Shown piece by piece: positions 9,236-18,142 of a DNA stretch of 64,000 nt. Position numbers and translations under genes: made by a program. The notes under the pieces are model-generated. The model ran no database searches. It was not told where the DNA came from and saw nothing but the letters and a program-made list of their open reading frames with translations. How positions within the stretch are numbered: position 1 is the stretch's first letter; every line of letters starts with the position of its first letter. This stretch comes from a virus (Duplodnaviria; Caudoviricetes), in IMG/VR virus record IMGVR_UViG_2930337131_000001, positions 64,054 through 128,053 of that record; one strand, 5' to 3'.

Positions 9236-10528
9236 ATGCCCACCAGCCGTATCCAGGAGCTGCAGAAGGCGCTCGAGCTCAAGAGCAACGAGGCCGAGCG
9301 CATCAGCCAGAGTTTCAAGGTCGAGGACGGCGGTCAGTTCGTCGTCTCCAGCGAGCAGGCGAAGGCCTTCAAGAAGGTCTCCGGCGAGGCGCAGGAGATC
9401 AAGGCGCTCATCGACGCCGAGCAGGGCCTGACCGAGATCAAGCAGTACCTCGACGCCCCGGACGCCCCGCCGGCCGCGGCCGCGCACTACGCCCAGCGTC
9501 ACATGGGCGTCGAGGAGAAGTCCCTCGGCGACCTGTTCGTCGAGTCCAGCTCCTTCCAGCGCGCCACGCAGGCCGAGTTCCGTGACAAGCCGTACATCCG
9601 CGCCGACATCGAGGGAAAGAGCATCTTCTCCCTGTCGGCCGGCACCGTGACCCACCAGGTCCTCGGCTCCGCGCAGAACCTCGGCATCGCCGAGCGCCCG
9701 TTCCGCAAGTTCCACATCCGCGACCTCTTCCCGAAGTCGACGACCAAGAACCCGGTCCTGTACGGCGCACGTGAGACCGGCTGGACCAACTCCGCCCGCC
9801 AGGTCAAGGAGCGGTACGCCGCGGACGGCGTCTCGCCGGCCACCGGGGCGGACACCGACACCTGGGGTCGGGCCCCGCGGTCCAAGCTGACCCTGACGCC
9901 GGTGATGTACCCGGTCGCAGAGGTCGCCCACCTCCTGGACGCGCACAAGAACATCCTGTCCGACGAGCCACGCCTGAAGACCTTCATCAACACGCGCATG
10001 GTCGAGGGCGTCAAGTACGCGGAGGACTGGGACCTCCTGCACTCCGTCGGCGACGGCCAGTCCCTCACCGGCATCTACAACACCCCCGGCGTCCAGCAGT
10101 ACACGGGCCTCGCGGCCGACCAGTACTCCGTCCAGATCCGCCGCGCCATCACCAAGGCGCTGCTGGCCGAGTACGACCCGACCGGCATCGTCCTGTCGCC
10201 CACGATGTGGGAGCACGTCGAGGTCGAGGAGGACAAGAACGGCGCCTTCCGCGTCGCCATCGCCGTCGCCATCGGCGCCGAAAAGAAGGTCTGGAGGCTG
10301 AACGTCGTCGAGACGACCGCGATGGCCGACACCGACTTCCTGATCGGCGCCTTCGGCCTCGGCGCGCAGCTCCACGACCGCGAGAACGTCTCCGTGACCG
10401 TCTCCTCGGAGAACGCGGACAACTACGAGAAGGGCCTCATCACCTTCCGTGCCGACGAGCGCCTGGCGCTCGAGGTCCCCCGGCCGGAGAGCTTCGTCAT
10501 CGGCACCTGGACCCAGCCGACCGGCTGA
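9236..10528 (+). CDS. Major capsid protein (HK97 fold)
   Basis: N-terminal coiled delta domain; LLHSVGDGQSLTGI; C-terminal NYEKGLITFRADERLALEVPRPESFV; GGGAGAG RBS. Confidence 0.9.
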   Translation: MPTSRIQELQKALELKSNEAERISQSFKVEDGGQFVVSSEQAKAFKKVSGEAQEIKALIDAEQGLTEIKQYLDAPDAPPAAAAHYAQRHMGVEEKSLGDLFVESSSFQRATQAEFRDKPYIRADIEGKSIFSLSAGTVTHQVLGSAQNLGIAERPFRKFHIRDLFPKSTTKNPVLYGARETGWTNSARQVKERYAADGVSPATGADTDTWGRAPRSKLTLTPVMYPVAEVAHLLDAHKNILSDEPRLKTFINTRMVEGVKYAEDWDLLHSVGDGQSLTGIYNTPGVQQYTGLAADQYSVQIRRAITKALLAEYDPTGIVLSPTMWEHVEVEEDKNGAFRVAIAVAIGAEKKVWRLNVVETTAMADTDFLIGAFGLGAQLHDRENVSVTVSSENADNYEKGLITFRADERLALEVPRPESFVIGTWTQPTG

Positions 10529-10541
10529 TCCACGCCGCAGT

Positions 10542-10575
10542 GAGGGGGTGCACCCGGGCACGGGTGCGCCCCCTC
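10542..10575 (+). terminator. Stem-loop after the capsid gene
   Basis: GAGGGGGTGCACCCG-ggca-CGGGTGCGCCCCCTC. Confidence 0.6.
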
Positions 10576-10608
10576 CCCCGTACCACCACACGACGACGGA
10601 GGACCCTG

Positions 10609-10881
10609 GTGATCGAGAAGCAACTCACTGGACTCGCGGCAGACCTGGACGCACTCACCAGCGCCCCGGCCGCTCACCGGGGGCCGCGGTGCCATATCGG
10701 GCTCCTCCTGGAGGGCGCGGACGCCGACGTGGCCGAGTCGCTGCGCGCCGTCCTGGAGACCACCGTGTCCGCCACGGTCATTGCGGAAGCCCTCGGCCGG
10801 CACGGCAACCAGGTCACAGCCTGGACGGTCAACCGGCACCGCAGACGCGGAACCCCCAACGGATGCAGGTGCCCCCGATGA
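10609..10881 (+). CDS. Small HTH-like, probably Zn-binding protein
   Basis: GGAGG RBS then GTG; RCH...HRRR...CRC motif; overlaps the next gene at ATGA. Confidence 0.65.
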   Translation: MIEKQLTGLAADLDALTSAPAAHRGPRCHIGLLLEGADADVAESLRAVLETTVSATVIAEALGRHGNQVTAWTVNRHRRRGTPNGCRCPR

Positions 10882-12125
10882 GCCTGAGCACAGAACTGCA
10901 GGCGCTCCTCGAGCCGGCCGCCCCGCAGCAGAGCCAGCCCGCCCAGTCGCAGCGCCCGCAGCAGGCCGCGCCCCGCGGCTGGGAGTCCGGGGTGCGATAC
11001 GAGCCGGGCGGCACGATGGTCGTCACGGCCCCGCCCGCAGACAGCCCGCCCGCCGGAGAGGCCGACTGGCGCGAGCGCGTCGAGGAGATGGGCCTCGCCA
11101 TCCCCGAGGGCTTCCGCGTCCGCCTGGTCGAGGCCAAGCACGACCCGGCCGCCTGGCACCGTGACGCCCAGGGCGACGACGCCGTCACCCGCGCGGTGTG
11201 GCGCTGCAGGTACGTGATCGAACCCGCTGCGCCCGCATGGATGTCCGCCGGCGACGTCGACGCCCTGGTCCGCGACGCGATGCGCCGCCGCCGCAAGGCG
11301 CGTCCGGCCGTCGACACCGCGGAGCGCGCCCTGGTGGTGGTGTACGCCGACGCCCAGGCCGGGAAGGTGGGCCGGGACGGAGGTACGCCGGAGCTCATCG
11401 CCCGGATCGCCGAGCGGTTCGACCGACTCGACGACCACGTCCGGGACCTGAAGGCCGTGGGCCGCGGCCCGTCCGTCGCCTACTGGGCCGACGCCGGAGA
11501 CTGTGTCGAAGGCTTCGAGAACACCACGCAGCAGGCGTTCACCAACGACCTGACCTTGACCGAGATGATCCGCGTCCACCGGCGCGTGACCTTCGAGGGC
11601 CTGGACCGTCTCGCCGGGAAGTTCGGCCGCGTCGTCGCCGCGACCTGCGGCAGCAACCACGGCCGCGTGCGCCGCGGGAAGGACGCTGTGGGCCCGCCGG
11701 TCGACGACTGGGGCATAGAGGTCATGTCCCAGGTGGCAGACGCCTACGCCCGCAACGAGGACGCGTACGGGCACGTCTCGTTCGTGATGCCGGAGCGGTG
11801 GCGGGACACCGTGAGCCTGGACGTCGCCGGGAAGATCGTGGGCCTGTCCCACGGCCACCAGTACCCGCGGCCGGAGAAGGCCGGCGACTGGTGGAGGGGC
11901 CAGACCTTCGGGCGGCAGCCCGTCGCGGACGCCGACATCCTGATCACGGGGCATTACCACCACTTCCGCACCCAGCAGATGGGCAACGGCAGGCTCTGGA
12001 TTCAGGCCCCGACTCTCGACAACGGCTCCGACTGGTACGCGGTCCGCTCCGGCGAGGTCTCCACGTCTGGCCTGCTCGTGTTCAGCGTCGGCCCCGAGGG
12101 CTGGGACGACCTCCGCATCTTGTGA
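10878..12125 (+). CDS. Calcineurin-like metallophosphoesterase / nuclease
   Basis: Motifs ADAQ (variant DxH), GDCVEG, GSNHG, SHGH and TGHYHH. Confidence 0.8.
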   Translation: MSLSTELQALLEPAAPQQSQPAQSQRPQQAAPRGWESGVRYEPGGTMVVTAPPADSPPAGEADWRERVEEMGLAIPEGFRVRLVEAKHDPAAWHRDAQGDDAVTRAVWRCRYVIEPAAPAWMSAGDVDALVRDAMRRRRKARPAVDTAERALVVVYADAQAGKVGRDGGTPELIARIAERFDRLDDHVRDLKAVGRGPSVAYWADAGDCVEGFENTTQQAFTNDLTLTEMIRVHRRVTFEGLDRLAGKFGRVVAATCGSNHGRVRRGKDAVGPPVDDWGIEVMSQVADAYARNEDAYGHVSFVMPERWRDTVSLDVAGKIVGLSHGHQYPRPEKAGDWWRGQTFGRQPVADADILITGHYHHFRTQQMGNGRLWIQAPTLDNGSDWYAVRSGEVSTSGLLVFSVGPEGWDDLRIL

Positions 12126-12127
12126 AG

Positions 12128-12157
12128 AAGACGTAAAGGAGACCGGAAGTTCACCGT
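12128..12157 (+). promoter_or_regulatory. Late-promoter motif (leaderless)
   Basis: AAGACG-N18-CACCGT, 6 nt before ATG 12164. Confidence 0.55.
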
Positions 12158-12163
12158 CCGCGG

Positions 12164-12907
12164 ATGACTTCCACACGCCGGTGGCTCCTGACCACCTACA
12201 AGGGATCCGACTACGCCAACACCTACAAGTGGACCCTGCCCGCGTGGGCAGGGACCCTCCCCGACGGCCGCAACTACAACACCTGTCCTGGCGCCTCTGT
12301 CTGCGCCCCCCTCTGCTACGCCCGGACGGGGACCTACCAGTTCCGCACCGTCAAGGCCGCCCACGAGGCGAACCTGATGATGGTCCTGGACGACCTGCCC
12401 GGCTGGGAGGCGGCGATGACCGCCGAGCTCCAGCACAAGCGCTACCGAGGCGGGAAGTTCGTCCGCTGTCACGACGCCGGCGACTTCTTCAGCCCGGAGT
12501 ACACCGCCGCCTGGATGCGCGTGATGCGCTCCGCCCCCGACGTCACGTTCTACGCGTACACCAAGAGCGTCAGCCTGTTCCGCGAGTGCGTGGAACCGGA
12601 CCCGCCCGCGAACTTCAAGTGGGTGTACTCCCTCGGCGGCCGCGAGGACCACCTGATCGACCTCGAGACCGAGCGGCACGTCGACGTCTTCCCCGACGAG
12701 GAAGCCGTCGAGGCGGCCGGCTACACCTCCCGGGGCGACCTGGGGGACCTGATCTCGATTCTCGGCCCGCAGAAGGTGGGACTGCCCGCCAACAACATCC
12801 GCCACCTCAAGACCAAGCAGGGCGGCAAGCGGTTCAGCGAGCTCGAGCGCGAACGGAAGGCGCAGCGCCGCGGGCCCGGCAAGCAGTTCCGCGGCGGGCG
12901 CCCGTAG
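12164..12907 (+). CDS. Gene product 88 (GP88) family, radical-SAM-like
   Basis: TCPGASVCAPLCYA, VRCHDAGDFFS and FYAYTK motifs. Confidence 0.75.
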   Translation: MTSTRRWLLTTYKGSDYANTYKWTLPAWAGTLPDGRNYNTCPGASVCAPLCYARTGTYQFRTVKAAHEANLMMVLDDLPGWEAAMTAELQHKRYRGGKFVRCHDAGDFFSPEYTAAWMRVMRSAPDVTFYAYTKSVSLFRECVEPDPPANFKWVYSLGGREDHLIDLETERHVDVFPDEEAVEAAGYTSRGDLGDLISILGPQKVGLPANNIRHLKTKQGGKRFSELERERKAQRRGPGKQFRGGRP

Positions 12908-12916
12908 CTACAGGCT

Positions 12917-12944
12917 CAAGATCGTTCTTGCCCAATTGGGCAAG
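12917..12944 (+). repeat. parS-like 28-bp element, copy 2
   Basis: CAAGATCGTT-CTTGCCCAATTGGGCAAG. Confidence 0.75.
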
Positions 12945-12962
12945 TGCCCCACCCGGCAGGGC

Positions 12963-12992
12963 GCGACCGTAACCGTCCGGGTGGGGCACGGT
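12963..12992 (+). promoter_or_regulatory. Late-promoter motif
   Basis: GCGACC-N18-CACGGT. Confidence 0.6.
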
Positions 12993-13031
12993 GCCCGCGC
13001 CCAACACAGACACGAGAGAGGGGCGTGGAGC

Positions 13032-13523
13032 ATGGGGCTCTACAAGGCGGACGGAAGCCGGATCACGAAGTCGGCGTTCCCTTCCACCACGGCGGGCATC
13101 ACCGACCCCGAGGTGATCGTCACGCAGGACGTATACGCCACCCGTCACAGCGACGAGGGCAGCTACTACCCCGGCACCAGCAACGACTCGAAGCCCGAGG
13201 GGTCCGTTAAGACCCTCGCCTTCAAGGCCGGGCAGGTCGTCCGACAGTCGGCGATCAATGCCCTGTACCCCGCGGCGGTGATCGACAGCATCAGTCCGGC
13301 AACCGGTGGTGTCGCCGGAGGCACGGTCGTGACCATCACCGGCAAGAACCTGGACGGTGTCACCTCGGTGACCTTCAACGGAGTCGCGGGCACTGCCCTG
13401 AACGTCGTCTCCGCCACGAAGCTGACCGTCACCACGCCGGCCGTCGCGGCAGGCGTGAGGGACGTCGTCCTGGTCGACGACGCGGGCAACACGACCAAGA
13501 CCGGCGGGTTCACCTACGCCTGA
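13032..13523 (+). CDS. IPT/TIG (Ig-like) domain virion protein
   Basis: IDSISPATGGVAGGTVVTITGKNL...VTFNG...LTVTTP...FTY is a canonical IPT/TIG pattern. Confidence 0.8.
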   Translation: MGLYKADGSRITKSAFPSTTAGITDPEVIVTQDVYATRHSDEGSYYPGTSNDSKPEGSVKTLAFKAGQVVRQSAINALYPAAVIDSISPATGGVAGGTVVTITGKNLDGVTSVTFNGVAGTALNVVSATKLTVTTPAVAAGVRDVVLVDDAGNTTKTGGFTYA

Positions 13524-13533
13524 CCCGCACCAC

Positions 13534-13567
13534 GAGGGGCGGCTTCCTACCCAGGAGGCCGCCCCCT
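13534..13567 (+). terminator. Stem-loop
   Basis: AGGGGGCGGCTTCCT-accc-AGGAGGCCGCCCCCT. Confidence 0.55.
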
Positions 13568-13577
13568 GTCGTACCGC

Positions 13578-13607
13578 GCGACACAAGCCGTACCCGACGT
13601 GCAGGGT
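13578..13607 (+). promoter_or_regulatory. Late-promoter motif
   Basis: GCGACA-N18-CAGGGT. Confidence 0.6.
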
Positions 13608-13647
13608 GCGCGCCGTCCGGACCGAACCCCCCGAGAGGGAGCCACCC

Positions 13648-14238
13648 ATGGCAGGCACCACCGCCCGCACCCGCAAGACCACGGCCAAGACCACCGAGGC
13701 CGCCCCCGCAGAGGAGACCACCGCCGAGGCTGCTCCCGCGCAGGAGACCGCCCCCGCCGAGACCACCGCCCCGGCGGCCGCCGAGGAGACGACCGCGGCG
13801 GCCCCCGCCGAGGAGGCGGCGCCCGTGGCCGAGGACACCCCGGCCGCCGACAGCACCCCGAAGGCGCCCGAGGCTGCCCCGCTCGAGCCTCCGGCCGTCC
13901 AGGAAGCCCCGGAGGCGCCTGCAGAGCCCGGCTACGCCAGCCCCACCGAGGTCATCCCCGACGACGCCAACCTGGCCGAGGTGATCATCGACGACGCCAC
14001 CAAGCAGCCCCCGGCCGACCCGAGCAGCGTGTTCCGACCGCTCACCCCCTACGGCTCCACCCTCGTGTGCACCCTGCGCCTGATCGAGCGGACGCACGTC
14101 GGGCCGCACTCCAACCCCATCGAGCGTCTCCTGCAGCCCGCGGGCGCTCAGGTCTCCGAGGGCGTCGCCGCACGCATCCAGGAGCGACTCGACGCCCAGG
14201 CCGCCCGGCTCGCCGCCCGCAACGGCGACGACGACTAA
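13648..14238 (+). CDS. Hypothetical protein with Ala/Glu/Pro/Thr-rich N-terminus
   Basis: GAGGGAG RBS; AAPAEETT repeats. Confidence 0.7.
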   Translation: MAGTTARTRKTTAKTTEAAPAEETTAEAAPAQETAPAETTAPAAAEETTAAAPAEEAAPVAEDTPAADSTPKAPEAAPLEPPAVQEAPEAPAEPGYASPTEVIPDDANLAEVIIDDATKQPPADPSSVFRPLTPYGSTLVCTLRLIERTHVGPHSNPIERLLQPAGAQVSEGVAARIQERLDAQAARLAARNGDDD

Positions 14239-14249
14239 GGGGGCGCGGG

Positions 14250-15110
14250 GTGGTCTTCGACTATGAACCCATGTACGGCGGGGCGCAGTACGACCCCGAA
14301 CCGGCCGGCGGAGCTGTCAGCCGCCTGGACCTGTACGGCACGGCCGATCGAGGCGGGCCGGTAGTCGCCGCGGCGACGACGGTCACCCGGCTCCGCGCTG
14401 GGGTGTACCGGTTCGACCTGCCCGAGGTCCCGCCCGGCCGCTACTGGGGGATGGTCACCTTCACCCCGAACGACGGGGCCCAGCCGGTCAAGGACACGAG
14501 TCCGCGCCTGGACCTGCCCATGGGCATGGGCCTCGTCACCTCCCCCGAGGCCGTCGCCGACGAACTCGGTGTCCCCCTGCCCGTCACGCCGGAGCAGCGC
14601 GGCGCGCTGGAGACTGCCATCCGCAACGCGCAGGCCGACGTGGTGGGCCACATCAACCGGCCCATCGTGCCGCGGGCACTCACCCTGCGCGCCGTGATGC
14701 CGTTCTACACCGGCCGTCTCGACGACGCCGACACCTGGCCCCTGCCTGAGCAGGACGACAACGTCGTGGTGAGCGCCTACCGAGCCAACCCGGATGGCAC
14801 GTACGACGTCGACTTCCTCATCGGCCTCAACGGGGCCCGCGAGGAGACGATCGTCCGCTACGTCACCGCGGCGGCCGCGGAGTCCGAGCGGCAACGCCCC
14901 GGCGGAGTCGGCGCCACCGGCCGCCGGGTGACCTCCGTGAGCGCCGAGGGACAGTCCATCTCCTACGAGAGCGCACCCACCGAAGGACAGGCCGGAGCAG
15001 CGCCCACGCTGGCCTCCCTCAACCGGCTGCGCCGCAGCCTGTACCAGCCCCTCAACCGCCCGGCCCGCCCGCCGTGGCCGTACTCCACGTACCGCGGCCG
15101 CGGTCGCTGA
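14250..15110 (+). CDS. Putative head-tail connector/adaptor
   Basis: GTG start after AAGGGGG; SPEAVADELG...AIRNAQADV and VTSVSAEGQSISY resemble gp15/gp19-type connectors; synteny. Confidence 0.55.
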   Translation: MVFDYEPMYGGAQYDPEPAGGAVSRLDLYGTADRGGPVVAAATTVTRLRAGVYRFDLPEVPPGRYWGMVTFTPNDGAQPVKDTSPRLDLPMGMGLVTSPEAVADELGVPLPVTPEQRGALETAIRNAQADVVGHINRPIVPRALTLRAVMPFYTGRLDDADTWPLPEQDDNVVVSAYRANPDGTYDVDFLIGLNGAREETIVRYVTAAAAESERQRPGGVGATGRRVTSVSAEGQSISYESAPTEGQAGAAPTLASLNRLRRSLYQPLNRPARPPWPYSTYRGRGR

Positions 15111-15129
15111 TCCGAAAGGAGCGTCTCCG

Positions 15130-15765
15130 ATGGGCGACCTCTACCAGTCCTACAGCGAGCTGACCGGCGGCCAGATCGAGGGCATCGACTACCAACGGAC
15201 CTGGCGCACGTCCGAGGTGTCCACGCTGCTGCACCTGGCTATCCACGGGGGCGGCATCGAGACCGGTACCACCGAACTCGCCGATGCGGCCGCGGCCGAC
15301 ATCCACGACTTCTACACCCTGGACGCCTTCAAGGCCGCCGGCAGCAACGGTGACCTGCACATCACGTCGACCCGGTACGACGAGCCGCAGGCCCTCGCCA
15401 TGGCCGCGGCCGCCACGCACATCGTGTCGTGGCACGGCGCCACGGGCACCACCGCGTTCACCGACCTGGGTGGGCGGGACTCCAACCTCCGCGACCAGAT
15501 CGGCCAGTGCCTCCGCGACGCGGGGTTCACGGTGCAGCTCGCCACGGAGGAGCTGAACGGGAACGACCCGGCGAACATCTGCAACAAGAACCGGCGCGGC
15601 ATGGGCGTCCAGCTCGAGATCAGCACCACCCAGCGCGCCGCGTTCTTCGTGGGCGGCGACATGACCCGGGCCAATCGCAAGAACACCACGGCGGCGTTCA
15701 CCTCGTACGTCGCCGCGGTGAAGCTGGGCATCTCCAAGGCCCTCGTCACGGCCGGGGCGGGCTGA
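15130..15765 (+). CDS. Poly-gamma-glutamate hydrolase family protein (PghP-like)
   Basis: AIHGGGIETGTTELA, LHITSTRYDEP, SWHG and NICN...GVQLEIS motifs; AAGGAG RBS. Confidence 0.85.
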   Translation: MGDLYQSYSELTGGQIEGIDYQRTWRTSEVSTLLHLAIHGGGIETGTTELADAAAADIHDFYTLDAFKAAGSNGDLHITSTRYDEPQALAMAAAATHIVSWHGATGTTAFTDLGGRDSNLRDQIGQCLRDAGFTVQLATEELNGNDPANICNKNRRGMGVQLEISTTQRAAFFVGGDMTRANRKNTTAAFTSYVAAVKLGISKALVTAGAG

Positions 15766-15767
15766 CC

Positions 15768-16103
15768 ATGGCTGTCGTCCTCCCGAACGCCGTACTGACC
15801 GTGTACGCCCTCGCCCACCCCTGGGGGAGGGACGCCAACGGGGTGCCCGTCCCCCCGAACCCGAACCAGAAGCCGGCCCCGCGCGGCACCTGGCCCGGGT
15901 CGGTCCTGCTGCAGGACGACGGCTCATGGTCGGTGCGCCTCGACCCGCGGGCCTGGCCGGTGAAGGACGGCGACACCATCAGCGACGAGACGGGCCGCTC
16001 TTGGACGTTGACCGGCTCGCCCCGCAACCACGCGGTGCCCGGCTGCCCTGATGTCGACTACGTCCAGGCAGTCGCCACCCTCAACCCGCCCGAGGTGCTG
16101 TGA
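15768..16103 (+). CDS. Putative head-closure/stopper protein
   Basis: 111 aa; RDANG...VKDGDTI..W pattern; synteny. Confidence 0.5.
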   Translation: MAVVLPNAVLTVYALAHPWGRDANGVPVPPNPNQKPAPRGTWPGSVLLQDDGSWSVRLDPRAWPVKDGDTISDETGRSWTLTGSPRNHAVPGCPDVDYVQAVATLNPPEVL

Positions 16104-16639
16104 TGGCGGACGCGAAGTTCACGCCGCGCCAGGGTCTCGAGGAGGCCCTGGCCCGGATGCTCGCCCCGTACGTGCAGCGCATCGCGCACCAGGTGGAGAT
16201 CGAGGCGAAGCGCCTGGCGCCGCCCACCAAGCGGTGGGTGACCGTCGGCGACGACAAGGTCCGCCCCACCCACGTCGCGGCCCAGGGCCAGGAGGTCCCC
16301 GGGAACCTGCGCTTCACGATCAACTCCATGCGTTGGGACATGGAACATCGGGGAGTCGGGCCCAGCACGTACATGCTCGAGCCCCGCGACGAGAGCTCCC
16401 GGGCCGTGGCCAACATCAAGAACTGCCGCTGCACCACGCACAAGGACCCGCAGGGCATCGCCCGGCACATCAACACTGGCCAGCCGGTCGTGGCCGGGAA
16501 GAAGGTCACCGTCACCGTGTCCGTTCAGGCCCCCCAGGTCGTCGAGGCCGAGGTGGGCACCGTGTACCCGGGCAACCTGCGTGCGGACGGTACGCACTTC
16601 ATGTCCCGCGCGGCCGCGATCGTCGCCGCCCGTCGCTGA
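16103..16639 (+). CDS. Neck (HK97 gp10-like) protein containing a MuF-type motif
   Basis: AKRLAP...VEAEVGT....GTHFMSRA frame (gp10-like) interrupted by KRWVTVGDDKVRPTH...P.D...IKNCRC. Confidence 0.6.
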   Translation: MADAKFTPRQGLEEALARMLAPYVQRIAHQVEIEAKRLAPPTKRWVTVGDDKVRPTHVAAQGQEVPGNLRFTINSMRWDMEHRGVGPSTYMLEPRDESSRAVANIKNCRCTTHKDPQGIARHINTGQPVVAGKKVTVTVSVQAPQVVEAEVGTVYPGNLRADGTHFMSRAAAIVAARR

Positions 16640-16643
16640 CCGC

Positions 16644-16672
16644 GCGACACAAGCCGGCCGGGCGCCCACAGT
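16644..16672 (+). promoter_or_regulatory. Late-promoter motif (leaderless)
   Basis: GCGACA-N17-CACAGT, 7 nt before ATG 16680. Confidence 0.65.
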
Positions 16673-16679
16673 GCCCGGC

Positions 16680-16952
16680 ATGGCTACGAACCCCACCACC
16701 AGGAAGCCCGCCGCTGAGGCGGAGGAGAACACCGAGCCGGTCATCGAGACCGCTGAGGCCCGCCCGGAGCGCGCCCGCCGCGCACCCGACGTCGTTGGGC
16801 CGCCCCTCGGTGACGGCGAGAAGGCGGTCACCGTCACCCTGTCCCACCACCTGCGGATCGACGGCGCCGACTATCTGCCGGGCGTCGAGATCCGCGTGTC
16901 CCCCGACTACGCCCGCGGCCTGCGCGGTCAGGGCTACGTCGCCCGCACCTGA
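16680..16952 (+). CDS. Hypothetical virion-region protein
   Basis: In-frame ATG; TGATG overlap with the next gene. Confidence 0.65.
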   Translation: MATNPTTRKPAAEAEENTEPVIETAEARPERARRAPDVVGPPLGDGEKAVTVTLSHHLRIDGADYLPGVEIRVSPDYARGLRGQGYVART

Positions 16953-17377
16953 TGACCGAGCCGACCCTTGCCGACGCCGACCCGGTCTCCGTGCTCCTGG
17001 CGTGGCTTCTGCAGAGCGATGAGGTCGCCGACGCACTCGGTGGCCCCAATCGCGTGTCCGGCGTCGCCGAGGCGCCGTGGCCGCACCTGGTCATCGACCA
17101 CGGCGCCGGCGGGGACCTGCGTGACCTGAACTGGGCCATGGCACCGGAGGTGACGCTCGAGGTGCACGGGGACCCGGGCGGCTGGCCGGGGAAGGCCGAA
17201 CTGCGGAAGATCCTCGTGCGCTGCGCCACGGCCGCCAAGGGCATCGTCGAGGCGCCGCACACGCCCGGCCAGCCCGTCATCAACGGGGTGAAGCCCTCCG
17301 GCCTCTTGGTCTGGTCGCCGCTCGTCAACGGCCAACCCAGGTGGCTGATGAACCTCTCGGTGACCCTGCACCCGTGA
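16952..17377 (+). CDS. Putative tail terminator
   Basis: 141 aa, directly before the major tail protein gene. Confidence 0.55.
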   Translation: MTEPTLADADPVSVLLAWLLQSDEVADALGGPNRVSGVAEAPWPHLVIDHGAGGDLRDLNWAMAPEVTLEVHGDPGGWPGKAELRKILVRCATAAKGIVEAPHTPGQPVINGVKPSGLLVWSPLVNGQPRWLMNLSVTLHP

Positions 17378-17380
17378 CGA

Positions 17381-17411
17381 CGCGACGTTAACCACTCCCG
17401 CTCTCCAAGGT
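17381..17411 (+). promoter_or_regulatory. Late-promoter motif
   Basis: CGCGACGTTAACC; GCGACG-N18-CAAGGT. Confidence 0.65.
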
Positions 17412-17450
17412 GTCCGCGCCCTGACACCGGACACCTTGGAGAGCCCCGTC

Positions 17451-18044
17451 ATGAGTGGCGAGACGATCAACAACAACGAAATCGTTGTCCCCAGCATCAC
17501 CCGCGTCTACCTGGGGCCCGTCGGCACGGCCGCGCCCGCCGACGCAACCGTGGCGATGCCGGCCGCTCTGCGGAGCGTCGGCCTCACCACTGAGGACTCG
17601 CTCAAGTTCAACTCCGAACCGAACTTCGAGCAGGTCAAGAGCGCGCAGAGCTCCTACCCGACCCGCACCTTCCAGACCTCCGACGCGGCGACCATCGAGG
17701 TCGACCTGCAGCAGTGGTCCGGCGAGAACTTCAAGGCCGTGTACGGCGGCGGCACCATCGCCGAGATCACGCCGAGCGGCGGCACCGGCACCCCCAAGCA
17801 CTACAAGTTCACGCCGCCCCGCATCGGTTCTCGTACCGAGGTGATGGCCGTGGTCGAGGTCATCGACGGCGGCAAGCACTACCGCTACGTCATCCCCCGC
17901 TGCATGCAGATGGAGGGCGTCGCCTCCGACCTCGCGAAGACGAAGGAGGCCGTCCTCCCGCTGCGCCTGGCCGTCCAGGGCGGCGACGACCTGGATGCCT
18001 TCTACGTCCTCACCGACGACCCCGCGTTCGCGCCCGCGGCGTGA
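17451..18044 (+). CDS. Major tail (tube) protein
   Basis: VYLGPVGTAAP...VGLTTEDSL...YRYVIPR, typical of actinophage tail tube proteins; synteny. Confidence 0.8.
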   Translation: MSGETINNNEIVVPSITRVYLGPVGTAAPADATVAMPAALRSVGLTTEDSLKFNSEPNFEQVKSAQSSYPTRTFQTSDAATIEVDLQQWSGENFKAVYGGGTIAEITPSGGTGTPKHYKFTPPRIGSRTEVMAVVEVIDGGKHYRYVIPRCMQMEGVASDLAKTKEAVLPLRLAVQGGDDLDAFYVLTDDPAFAPAA

Positions 18045-18060
18045 CCTCCCGCGGCAGCGC

Positions 18061-18090
18061 GCGACACAAGCCCCACCGGCTTGGCACTGT
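18061..18090 (+). promoter_or_regulatory. Late-promoter motif
   Basis: GCGACA-N18-CACTGT. Confidence 0.6.
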
Positions 18091-18142
18091 CCGCGCGCTG
18101 CCGCACCCCGGCAACCCAGCTACTCAAGAAGAGGTCACCCAC

